A stretch of DNA of 64,000 bases from Zygnema circumcarinatum SAG 698-1b. Its lineage: Eukaryota > Plantae > Zygnematophyceae. This document shows positions 12,416-23,711 of this stretch, one piece after another. A program made the translations under genes and the position numbers. Each line of letters begins with the position of its first letter. Within the stretch, counting starts at the first letter, position 1. Below the pieces are notes generated by a model. That model saw only the letters and a program-made list of their open reading frames with translations, was not told where the DNA came from and made no database searches. Location of the stretch: contig CM074808.1 of the NCBI GenBank assembly GCA_037447605.1, forward strand, positions 1,550,001 to 1,614,000, written 5' to 3'.

Positions 12416-13923
12416 ATGGGGCGGCCGCGCTACACCGCCGGGCAGGACGTGGAGGGGCTCTACGCCTTCGGGACGGAGCTCGGGAGGGGAAACTATGGCG
12501 CCGTGCGGACCTGCATGGACCTCTTCGAGTCGGGCCCGCAGATGGCCTGCAAGACTATTCCGTACGCCAGTCTGGGCAGCGCGCTGGAGCGGCGGGACAT
12601 CCAGCGCGAGGTGGACATCATGAAGGAGCTCGGCGGCCATGGCCACATCGTGGAGCTCCTCGCGGTGCACCGCGACCAGGCGGGCGTGCACCTCGTGGTG
12701 GAGCTCTGCCGGGGGGGGGAGCTCTTCGAGGAGGTGCTCCGCCGGGAGCGCTTCTCGGAGTCCGACGCCATGGATACCATCAAGCAGCTGGCGGCGGCGG
12801 TAGAGCACTGCCACTCGCGGAGCATCCTGCATCGCGATATTAAGCTGGAGAATGTCCTCCTCACGATGCCGGCGAGGAAGGCGGCGAAGGTGGCAGGAGG
12901 GGGGGCGAGATTCAGAACAGAGGGGCCTGTCACTGTGAAGCTCACAGATTTTGGGCTCGCCGTTCATCTCAAGAAGGGGCAAAAGGTCTCCGAGGTGGCG
13001 GGATCTCCTTTCTACATGGCTCCCGAGGTGATTACAAACCACAAAACCTAACCCTGACAGGACCTTAGCTGAAAGCGTTTCCTAATGTACGCATAGCGTC
13101 CAAGCCCTACTTCTTGCAGCCATTAACCGAACTGAATTTTCTCCCTCTGCAGGTCATTCGCGGACAACCCTACTCCTTCAGCGCAGACATATGGAGTCTC
13201 GGAGTCATTCTATTCGCTCTGCTTTCGGGGCTTCTGCCCTTCACAGGCTCAACCAATGCAGAGGTTTTCCGCGCTGCAAAGCGAGCCCATCTGGACTTAG
13301 ACACCCCCGCGTGGGCGGGAGTTTCAGAAAGCGCAAAGCGTCTTGTTCGCCGCATGCTGAGCACGGACCCCCTCCAACGACCCTCCGCAAGGGACCTTCT
13401 CAAGGACCCCTGCGTTACGGCTGCGGGAGGGGACCCCTCTCCCCCTCCGAGAGTAGAAATTCCGATCTTTCTGAGGAAGCCGCCGCCGATCTCTCTCTAC
13501 CTCGACGACGACCTGGAGGTGGATGCTGGCACGAGCACGCACAAGTCTTCGCAGCAGCGTTGGAGAGGGATTACTTTTCGGCTGCCGAATGTTTTTCGCC
13601 ACTCTCCTCGACCGAATTCTCCCAGTGCCACTCCTGACAGCCGCTCCGCCTGCTTCTCTGCCCCTCCCAACTCCGCCTGCTCTCCCACCTCTCCAGAGCT
13701 CTCTCCCGTCTCCACTCTGCGGGCAACCTCAAGCTGCGCTTCCAGCGGCTGCAATAGCACCCCCCCCTCCCCCCCTCCCAATGCAGCCATGCTCTGCTCC
13801 TCCTGCTCTACCGCTCCCGCGGGACTTTCTTCCGGAGGAGGGTCACATCGGGAGAGTTCGGGGAAGTCTCATGGCGGCGATTTGAGAGAAGGGCCCTTCG
13901 CAGCGCTTGATGTTCGGAGATGA
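12416..13923 (+). CDS. Ser/Thr kinase of the CDPK/SnRK superfamily lacking EF hands (PEPC-kinase-related, PEPKR-like), 460 aa
   Basis: Exon 1 12416-13027 (612 nt), GT-AG intron 13028-13152, exon 2 13153-13923. Motifs LGRGNYGAV, ACK, HRDIKLEN, DFG, GSPFYMAPE|VIRG, DIWSLGV are intact. The C-terminal tail is Ser/Pro-rich with no EF hands. Confidence 0.9.
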
Positions 13924-15505
13924 CAGGGGCGCCTTTTTTTTTTTTTTGCTTTTGTTTTATTTCTTTTTGGATACTTTCCGTTTTCTTTGTACAGAGAAAG
14001 CAAGTTGGTCGTAGGTCATAGAAGTAGGTTTCTCTAGTTCTCACGATAGCCCGAAGGGCTGTCGTTCTTCTCAGCTTCTTGTTGAGTGATAACTTAGACA
14101 GGCCTTTCTCTACCTCAAGTTTGGCAGGCCTCCTTCCGTTTGGTAGTAGTGCAAGTGCTTGTACACATTCTTTTTGCTCGTGCGGTCCATCGGCTGCAGT
14201 GGAAATAGGTTAGCATGCAGGTAGGTTAGGTAGACAGTGCTTCGCACTTTTCTTCGAGAGGATAGAAATCTCCGGCGCTCGCTACATTCCAGAACGGGAC
14301 CTGGCAAGGCACCAATGTGCTGTTCTGGGAATTCCAAAGAGAGGTGAAATGCAAGAAATATGCAGAATGGTCCTCTCTTCTTGTCGGTATGGATGCTATG
14401 TTGTGCCCCCTGTCATGCGGTTGCTTCTTTGACATCATGTGTGGCCCTTGCTGAGCGGATTCGCAATGAATGGTTCCGGCATTGGTTGTTGTGAAGGAAG
14501 AGGGATATGCCCCAAATGCTCGATTCACTACTGCAGTCGTTTTACTATTCATCACTTTGGAAAGATCAACGATGAACGGAACTCTCTCGTCCACTTGCAA
14601 GGTTTTTCAGCTCTCTCCGAATGCATGCAAGGCCGGGGCTTGGCTTTGAACTTCAGCATATATGCCATGCTTAAAAAAAAAAAATCCATTCGTTGATCCT
14701 CGTGGCTACTGGAAATGTATTGAACGCGGGCATTCCGAAAAACGGTTAGTTTGGATGTTAAATTGTGGCTCGTCGCACACAGACAATCACAACCACGAGG
14801 TCAGCATATAAATTCCATGCAGTTGTGTCCTTTCGATTCGAAGTCTCAGCCAGCAGGTTGTCCGATCAACTTTCTTTGATTTTGCTTGTCATAGGTATGG
14901 CAGTGCTTTAACGAAGAAAAGGGACAGAATGCATCACAACGTGTGCATCGAACCATCAAAGTGACCAAATTATTCGGAGCTAACCTCTGATAGGACATCA
15001 AGGTGATTAGGCACCTTTATTAGTTTTTAATTTATGGCTCATGCTCCATATAGTAAATAAAAAATGTATAAGAGAATAATTGAACTGGCAGCAAGTAGAA
15101 AGTAGCTTTTGTTGACTATTTTAATTTTCGCAGCAGACTGCAGAACTGCCCACAAAATGCCGACGATAGGCTGCAATTGCAGCATTCGAATTATTACACA
15201 GTGTAACTAACAATTGACTTCATATGTACAGCAAATAATCCGCTAATCGCCCGCTAATAATCTCTGTTATCTCCACCACAACTATGCTACATGGTGCTGC
15301 CAACTTTGGCTCCCACAGGCAAAAAAACGTTGAACTAATACTTCGTAACTCACAGCTTCGCAATCTGTCGTTCTTCCTAAAATCCCATCACTACATGACG
15401 AGAACACATCTATTTCTACAACCGATTATTTACCAGGGCCATTGCTTATTGGCAATGTCTTACTTTCTTTATCCGTAGAGCTGCAGCCTGCAGCTCACCC
15501 TAAAC

Positions 15506-16287
15506 TCACGACCCTCCAGCAGACCCCTCCTGCCGCTGCCCTCCCTGCACCCCCTCCTGCGGCTCGTTCGCACATTCAACATCCGCAGGAGGAGCGGCCA
15601 CCGGCGATTCAAGGGGCGGCTCCGCGGGCTGAGAGCGGTCAAAGGAGCTCGACGAGGATCGACGGCCAAAACGCACTCTCCTTATTCCTGCTCGCTTTGC
15701 AGATTCTGGGGGGAGTAGCTCGGAGCTCACAGATGCCTTCGAAATTGGAAGATTTTCATCGGGAGGGGGAACAGTAAGGTCATAGTGGAGCTTCATAAGG
15801 GTAAGAAGGAGAAGTTCGCTCAGTTCCACAACTTCAGGAATAAGAATGGCCCATAGTTCATAGTGTACTGCATACGCGGCTATGGCTGCCAGGCCCACCA
15901 TGTACACAAATTGCCTGCAACAAACATAAATTTCATGCGGCAGCAGTATAACTACATCAGTGGCGGCCTTACGTGGGGTCACCATTCACTATGAAAGGCT
16001 CAATTGACTGGCATGCCGCATGCTGTAGGGGAGGAGAAGTACCGTGAGCCCTAGCCCTCTATGTTGCTCAAGAAAAAAGTAGTTAATAAGAAGATTTGCT
16101 AAAATAAATAAACAAATCATATGCCGGCAGAGTCGAGATCTCACCAAGTGTAGCTGATTCCGCCATACTCCCTGCGACTGACAGTGCGAATAAGGCCCGG
16201 CACGAGCGCCCCTGCGATGACGAATCCGCCGAGAAGAGCAACCGTATCGAATGCCCCCCACGGGTGCCCGACGCTGACGTCACACAT
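15506..16287 (-). CDS. SemiSWEET/PQ-loop-like 3-TM membrane protein with disordered C-tail (~183 aa)
   Basis: Exon 1 16287-16145 (ATG, 47 codons + TG, donor GTGAGA); exon 2 15914-15506 (acceptor TTGCAG, restores TGG). Product MCDVSVGHPWGAFDTVALLGGFVIAGALVPGLIRTVSRREYGGISYTWQFVYMVGLAAIAAYAVHYELWAILIPEVVELSELLLLTLMKLHYD follows the PQ-loop pattern (P[Q>G]lirt..r...GIS..W). A further 3' exon from a GT at ~15508 cannot be excluded. Confidence 0.7.
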
Positions 16288-19271
16288 GGCTCCTTACTTC
16301 TTCATCCCTTTGTGCCAATAACCCTACAACTCTCCCTGCCGTCCTATCAACCCTAATTCCAGCCCTAAACCTAACGAATCTGCAGGGGGCGCGGCAGAAG
16401 CTGCGCGAGAGAGCGCACGGCGGGAGAGGCTTGCCGCGGGGAGGCGCGAGGGAGGGACGGAGGGAGAGAGGGAGAGAGGGAGAGAGGGAGAGGGAGAGAG
16501 GGCGAGGGCGAGGGCGAGGGCGGAGCCCCCGGGCGGCGGAGCGCGCGCCATTCGGCGGCCAACGGGTGGCGGCGGCGGAGCGAATCGCGCGCGCGCCGCG
16601 CGGCGAAGGCCCGTTGGCTGACGCTCCGGAAAACCCGGTGGCCGGGTTGCAAAACCGGCCCGTACGGCCGGAAAATGGCGGTTTGGGCGCACTTTGGGGG
16701 GGTAGGTTTGGGCGCACTTTGGGGGGGTAGGTTTGGGCGCAAATGGGGATTGGACGGGCAGGGGGGCGGGGGCGGGCAGGGGGGAAGGTTTGTAGGTCTG
16801 CCCGAGGGCTCGGGCAGGGGGGGAAGCGGGCAGGAGTGATGGCGGCGCGGCGGACCGTTACGCGCTGGGCGGATTTTTGTACCGGTCTGGGGCGGGCGGG
16901 AGATGCTGACGTAGTAGGTGTACGGACGGGATACTATTGTTGGAAAATAACAGCGCGAAACGGTCGGTCGCTGTTTTGGGACCGAAAAGCGTGAATTGTT
17001 TTTTTTTTTTTTAATTTTAGACGGGACCCGCGGTCCGCCGCAAATGAGTTTCCGCCAATCAGGAGCTGCCGTTTCCAAAAACAGCTGTCGTTCAGGTTGT
17101 TCGTACATATATTTGTCGGGACGCGGGACGGGCCGATTGTCGTTTGGGCCCCATAAGCAAAGTCGGACTCGAGGCAGGCACAAGACGACGATGGCGACAT
17201 GGACTATGGCGAGAAGGGAGGGGACGTGACGGGTAAAATGTTAGGGTTGAGGGATTAGTAATTAGGGTTTCGGGTATAGGACGTGGAGGAGGAGGAGGAA
17301 GAGGGAGGGAGAGGGGGAGGGGGAGGGGGAGGGGGAGGACGATGGCGCAGGCAATAGAAGTTGCGGTGATGCTCAATATTATGGAAAGGGTAGTCGCGGT
17401 CCAGGATGCTGGTGATGCGGGGACCAAAGGTCGCATGCAACAGTCGATTGCAGGCAGGGCCCGTTGCAAAGTTAGGCAAGTGCTGCAATGAGACTAAATG
17501 ACCTCCATACATCGTCCCGTATCCGGCACAGCCGGCGACCATACTGCACTCGAAGGAGATTAAACTGGTTGTACGACCGGCCAGAAAATTTGGCCAGCTT
17601 TCATTCGACTACTCGTGGTTCCCTCCTTTCCATGCCGATTATGTATGTCATGTCATGTGCGATTCCTGGATGCATGCATGCATGCATGGGTCGCCGTCGG
17701 CCAACTCTTGGTGGTCCATGCGCCGCCAATCGATCAGTCCAACAGTGGAATCTGATCGAACGGCCGCCCGCCCGCCCTCGTACCGCGGTGGTGGTCAGCG
17801 CTAGGGATGGCCCGCGTTATAAATTCCGAATATATTATATACTTTACAATGGGTTTAAAATTAGTAATATATTACGAAGTAAAACACTTTATTACATATA
17901 TTATACCCACTCGTTTTGAACAATTAGCGACTGTACGACCGGTCGTACCATACCAAAATTAGGTCGTTTTGGCGTTGGCATTGTAGCGTAGTGGAGCTGC
18001 GCTCGACGGATCCGCGTCAGTTCAGTTGTACTTGTTACATGCCTCTTCAGTGTCACAGATCGGCAGAATCCAGGAGCTACCAACGGAGGATGCGAGAAGG
18101 CAGTACCATGTGTCGGCGGCCCACGGAACAGCACATCATCCAGCAAGGCGCACTCGGAGCGCCGCAATCTGCCGCTGATAGTTATTAGTTGANNNNNNNN
18201 NNGGGCTTAGTATTTGTATTTGCTGTGTGGTTTGTTGTCTTGTTCTTCTTTTCTTCCTCTCAAGCTCCAGCAACAGATGCTAGTTAGAGAGAGAAAGAGT
18301 TCCACTGCAAAGAGAGAGAGAGAGAGTCTTCTTGTTGATAGCATTTAGACATCCCATTCAACCCAGCCAGACAAGCATTTCAGTGAGAAGACACTTATAT
18401 TGTAATGAGAATCCCTAGCCAATCGCTGGCTGGGGTGAGTTTCGAAGACACACCCTTTTTCTATCTTTGATTCTATGCCCTTTTCTTTGCTATGCCAAGC
18501 TCACGAACTTGTTGGCAGCTTGCGCTTCCATTCCTCAGTGACCAATATTAACTAGGAGCCTAGCAAAGAATGTTGAAGAGAAACGGAAGAGAACCCCCGA
18601 GGGGGAGGGGCTCTTTCTTTATCCGTCCACATTTGCCCGGCGGGAGCACGTCTTAAGGATCCACTACGTCTTCCCTTCTGGCGTACCTCTGATCCCCGGT
18701 TCTTGGCTCCTATCTTTGCTTGGCTGACCCGCGGCAATCCAACCCGCTAAAAGTAGGGTTTGGAGACGGATGCCTTGGTTCTTGTCACGGCACCTTGGTG
18801 AACCCGACCTTTCTCACTCGCCGCCCCACGCTTATCTTGGTACTCGAGCTCAAGGTTTTGCAAATCCGTATTGCCTTGTCATTGAGGCTGCGATTACACG
18901 TGACCCGTGTCGCGGCGACCAGCCATAGATGAAGAACGTAGCGAAAGCTTCACGACCACTTGCGAGCATTCTGGCGCGCAGCGAGAGGAGATCTCCCGTG
19001 CGGCTCGTCAAATGCTTGTTGTATCGATCCGGTCGGCAAATTTCACTTCGAGATTTCGACATACTGAACCCGCTTGTCACAGACGCAGCGCCACCTTTGG
19101 CGAAGCAGCTGGCAGCGCGGGTAGCCGATGCATTAGCCGCGCCATCGCGCGTCGTATCTTGTAGCGTAATATATCGCATTCACGCCCGAACGCCTCGTAG
19201 CGGCGACTCTAGGGCACAGCGGCCGACATATATTCCCGCATTAGCGGTACGCCCGCGAGCTACCGGCTCCT

Positions 19272-22200
19272 TGTAGCGTCTGCGCCCGATGGTAGGCCAC
19301 GCTTCGGTCCCTCGCGCGGTAGAGGGTTGGCCAGAGAGGAAAGCGTATTATAAGAAGCGAGGCGAATACAGCGGCATTAACACGAGGAAACGGCTTTTCT
19401 CTCTCTCTCTCTCTACCCCTCACGCCTCCTTGCTGACCCGCCAGGCCGGTACCCGGACTCCCATTACATTGGTGTCGAGGCCGTTTTCTTGATCCTGCCA
19501 TTTGCTCACACGGCTCCCATGGTCCTGCAGCCACGAGGGGCCGGGGGGCCCGGTACCGTCGGTTTACCGCGGCCCCTTCCTCCCCGCCTCCCCGGTACCC
19601 GTTTACCTTCGCGTGAGAGCGGCGAGGCCTCGAGCATATTCCACGGCGGGGCTCGGTCCCCGCGACCTCAGCAGCGAGGCCTGTCGTGAGAACCGAACAT
19701 TTGGGAGGACTTCCCGTGGCCGGACCCTCCTGGCCGCGAGGACTTTGACGCCCGTTGGCAGCTTGCGGACTGGCGCGTGGTGAGGGCGGAGGCGGCTGCT
19801 CGCGTTGACGGCCGGGATGGCGGGCGACCGCCTGACGGCAACTCACCTCGTTGGAGCTCCTCCTACGGCGGTCCACCGACGAGAACCGACGCCTTCAGGA
19901 GGACTTCAGAGACGACTACCGCCGGGACCTCGCGGAGGTCCGGGCGGGACATCGGGAGACAAGAGGTCAGCCTCTCCGCACCCAGAGTGAGCCTGGTCCT
20001 CCTCCGGGGGGTCCACTTGGGGGTACCACCTCTGTGAACTCGTTGCCGGTGGTACCTTCCCCTCTCCTCCCGACCGGCCCACCTCCAGGTGTACCGGACG
20101 GCGACCCACCTGCCCCACGGGCAGGGGCTCCTGCGATATCCGATGGGGTCATCCTCCCCGTTGTGGGGGATACCCCACCCGATACACTGGCCCGGAGGCG
20201 GGCGGTGACCTTGACCCAGCGAGGCGTTACTTTCCTGCAGTAGGTTTGCAGCAGCATGGAGTCCCACCCATTTCATTGTGGGGTGGCGACCCGACTCTGC
20301 GTACCCGTTTGGCGGTGGAGTGGCCGGACGAGGGTTACCTTTCACGCGGCCACGCCCGCGGTGGGTGAACTTCTGCCGATACCCTCTCTCAGCGGGCCGA
20401 GCTTTCAGCGTGTTCTCAACGCCGGGCGGCATCAGCGGCGGTTGGGCTCGATTTGGCAAGAGATGAACAAGCACTTTGGCGTGCTGCGACCGGTTGGAGG
20501 GTCGGCGGGCTTATGCACTCACAGTGCGAGCGGGCGGCGTGCCCAGTTCCTCGGCTGCCGGAACCGCGGTGTCCACGATTACTCGTGACACCCCCTCGAG
20601 TGAAGCAGTTCTCTGAGAGGTTCTCCAGCCAGGGTTGAAACCTCCCACATTGCTAACCAAGCGTTTGCTCAAACCCAGCTACTTCTAAGCCACAGGTAGG
20701 CTGAGGCCAGGAATTTGTTTTATCTTTGACCCAGCGTGAGCAGCACGAACCCATGTGAGACGTATGGCAGAACCATGGCGTGGGACTTGGTCCCCTGTAC
20801 CTTCTGGCTCCAACTCGCCTCGGCGAGAGACCCCACCCTTTCGTGCCCCGCGTGGGGGCGGGAGGGGGCCAAAGCGTCCTGGGGATGCACCAGCTCAGCT
20901 GTAACGAACGGTATACATGGGGTGTATGACCTAGTACTTACATCCGCGGTTGCCTTTTAATGGTAAAGCACTTAGGTGGGCTCTGGGGAGGTCCACGGGA
21001 TTCGAACCTGGCACGGAAGCGGGTTTTGTTATTATTATCGAGAACTGGGGAGTATTTGCAATCCACCTAAAAACACCGTGATCTCGAGCATAGTGCGGTT
21101 GGCCGGAGGGTGCGAACCCGTACATCTTGCCATGTGATGCGCGAGCTCGATCGCGCGAGTGAAAACCCTTGAGTGTTGTGCTCGAGGACGAGCACGGTTT
21201 AGGTGGGGAGGGAGGAATGTAACGAACGGTATACATGGGGTGTATGACCTAGTACTTACATCCGCGGTTGCCTTTTAATGGTAAAGCACTTAGGTGAATA
21301 CCGGGAGGTCCTGAGTTCGAACCCTGCTGGAGGCGGGTTTGTTACATCAGCCCTTGGCGGCAAAAGTTCCCAAGTTGGCGTCCCAGCGAAGCGGGCCGAG
21401 GCTCAGAAGGAGGCGATGCTCTGCGATGCCGGCAGTGAGGGCATCCCCGGCTGCGTGAGAGCGTCACAGGGTCGACAAACTCTGGTGAAAGCGGACCCCT
21501 GCGATCTAGAGGTTGTTGCGGGGTGGTGGTAGTCAGGGGAGAATGGTTGTTGGGCGCTGCCAGTAGGGGATTTTGTTGTTCCCTTTCCATTGATTTATTA
21601 TTGAATATTATGGGCGGTACTTGCATGGATATTTTCGTCTTGCATTGCCCGGAATATCTGAATGACTATTTGTTCTCTCTCTCCACCCGAATGACCTCTC
21701 TTGAGTTTGCTGTTGCGCAATGGGATGACCCTGCTGAAATCTGGATTCTGAACCCTACCGGGGCTACCGATCTGTTTGATAGTGTCCTTGATGCCTTCCG
21801 ACGGGGGCGCACTTCAATGCTCGTGTCTGCGGTGCACGTCTTGCTCCCGCAACACGTCCCCATAACTTGTTTCGGCCACGCCCATTGGAAGGTGGTCGGT
21901 TGGCCGGAGAGGTCACCCGTTGGTGTGGGGCGACTACGGACATATACACCTCTTACGCGCTTCCGTTCCACTGTCCTTTGGCGTCTGGCGGCGTCTCGAT
22001 TGAATTGGTTGTCCTGAGATCCATGTTTGGCCGGTCCCGCGATGCCATGACCTTTTAGGGGGGTTGTGGAAGGGCGAACTTATCATGCATACTATTCAAT
22101 TCGGTACGGCCCGGCGATAATTTCGAACTCGCCGTTTGTTAGATGGCTTCCATGGTACTTTGAGACCCGTTAGATCTCTGATCCGCGTTAAATGGTCGTA

Positions 22201-22830
22201 AAGGCCGAATCTGGAATTCGCGTATTTTCGATTGCGAATTCAATCTTTTTCCGGGCAGATTCGGTGCTTGGTCACAATTCTAACTCCGGGCATTGACTTG
22301 ATCTTAGGCAGTCATTGGTTGCAGTCCGTCCGGGCCATGATGGATTTTGCAGTTCCAAACTGCGTGGTTCGCAGTGACTCTCGGCGGGTCACCTTACTCC
22401 CAGGTATACCCACGGTTGTTCCCCCCCTCCATCCAGATGCGGCGCACTTGTGCTCCGCCATGCAGGTGGCGAAAGCCGTGAAAGCGGGTTGTGTACTCTT
22501 CTATGTGCACCTCGTCGATGAAATCGAATCTGTCTATGACGGCGACCAGGAGTGGTTACCCACTGCCTCAGAGTCGTTACCACCCGTACCCCTGGCGATC
22601 CAATCTTTACTTAACGAATTTCAGGACATTTTCCCAGAGGACCTCCCCTCAGGGCTGCCGCCTGCGCGTGGCGTGGGGCATACTATTCCCCTTGAGCCTG
22701 AGCAGAAGCCACCTTGGCGACCAATCTATCGTTGAGCCCCGAGGAGACCGAGGAAAAAATCGCAGCGGTGATGGCTATCTCTGGCGGCTCCAAGGTTTGG
22801 ATTGAGCCGGTCGAGCCACAACAAGAGGGG
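19272..22830 (+). mobile_element. Ty3/gypsy remnant B (short LTR, gag fragment, pre-protease domain, RT start); related to the chromovirus at 59.4-63.8 kb
   Basis: LTR TGTAGC...ATTACA 19272-19468 followed by PBS-like TTGGTGTCGAGGCC. Coiled-coil/Pro-rich gag-like ORF 19851-20243. ORF 22232-22735 (ILGSHWL...LLNEFQDIFPEDLPSGLPPARGVGHTIPLEPEQKPPWRPIYR) aligns by eye with 62366-63100. No 3' LTR found; right edge approximate. Confidence 0.7.
20900..21346 (+). mobile_element. TRIM-type mini LTR retrotransposon with tRNA-like module in its LTRs (copy 1, 447 bp)
   Basis: LTRs 20900-~21032 and 21218-21346 (TGTAAC...GTTACA). PPT GGTGGGGAGGGAGGAA directly before the 3' LTR. Perfect 5-bp TSD TCAGC (20895-20899, 21347-21351). 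Non-coding interior of ~185 bp. Confidence 0.9.
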
Positions 22831-23248
22831 ACAAGCGGATCTTCATGAATTTTCCGGATGAGGCACCCACGGACATCAAAGAAAGAGGCATGCGATAGGA
22901 AATCCAGGGCAGTCGGACTTCGAGGAGGAAGCGGTCGAGAGAAAAGACTGAAAATGGGCATCTGAGAAGATAACCCGGTTTGGCTTACCTTGAGCAGTTG
23001 AGTCAATGAAGAGCTGCGGCTGACTCCATCTAGGCGGTGATGGCCATGAATTTATTTGGCGTTATACCGCATAAAGAATCGGGTTGTCGGCTTTGCCCGA
23101 TTCTTTGTCCGGTACTGCGGATGCGGTGAAGAGGAGTTCCTTTGAACACGAGATCCCAATGCGCGACCCACCGGAGACAAAACCCGTGACCTGTTCGACC
23201 CGGCCTACTGCACGGGGGCCCCTTCGGCTAGCAATGACACCACCGATC

Positions 23249-23711
23249 ACACGTAGCGGCGCTATACACATGTGTTGTATGGCTAGTATTTACATCAGCG
23301 ATTTGCCTTTTAATGGTAAAACAACTGGTGTGGAGTCTTAGGGAGGGTCACAGTATTCGAACAACTAGCGTAGGCGGGTTTGTTACGGTAGTATCGAGCC
23401 TAATGCGGTATTTGTAATCCACCTAAAACACGTGATCTCACGAGCATGATGCGGTTGTGAAGGGGAGTGCGAGTAGGTGTTACATCCATCGTGTGTTGAA
23501 GAGGAGCTTGAGAGCGGCCCCTTTCGTGAAAACCCTTGAGAGTGTCTTCGAGGGGCGAGCCGGTTTAGGTGAGGGAGGAATGTAGCTAGCTTGCCATGTG
23601 TTGTATGGCCTGAATATTTAAATCCTTTGATTTTGCCTTTTAGTAATGGTAAAACGGTGTGGGTATCGAGGTCATGTGTTTTGAACCTTCTTTGTGGCGA
23701 GGTTTGTTACA
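23249..23711 (+). mobile_element. TRIM copy 2 (diverged)
   Basis: Same LTR core (TTGCCTTTTAATGGTAAAA...TTCGAAC...GGGTTTGTTAC), PBS-like GGTAGTATCGAGCC, homologous interior and PPT GGTGAGGGAGGAA. CGATC lies at 23244-23248 and 23712-23716, a probable TSD offset by 3 nt from the LTR start. Confidence 0.8.

Noticed and set aside
12245-13042. 265-aa minus-strand ORF and other antisense ORFs over the kinase, DEG1, NDUFS1 and pol regions
   Set aside because: Shadow frames of GC-rich genuine coding sequence on the opposite strand.
16315-17275. Telomeric repeats (AACCCTA / TTAGGGTTT)
   Set aside because: Isolated telo-box-like copies only, not tandem arrays.
21260-21340. Functional tRNA gene
   Set aside because: Acceptor, anticodon and T stems are poorly paired, and the sequence is embedded in paired LTRs. 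Treated as a tRNA-derived promoter module instead.
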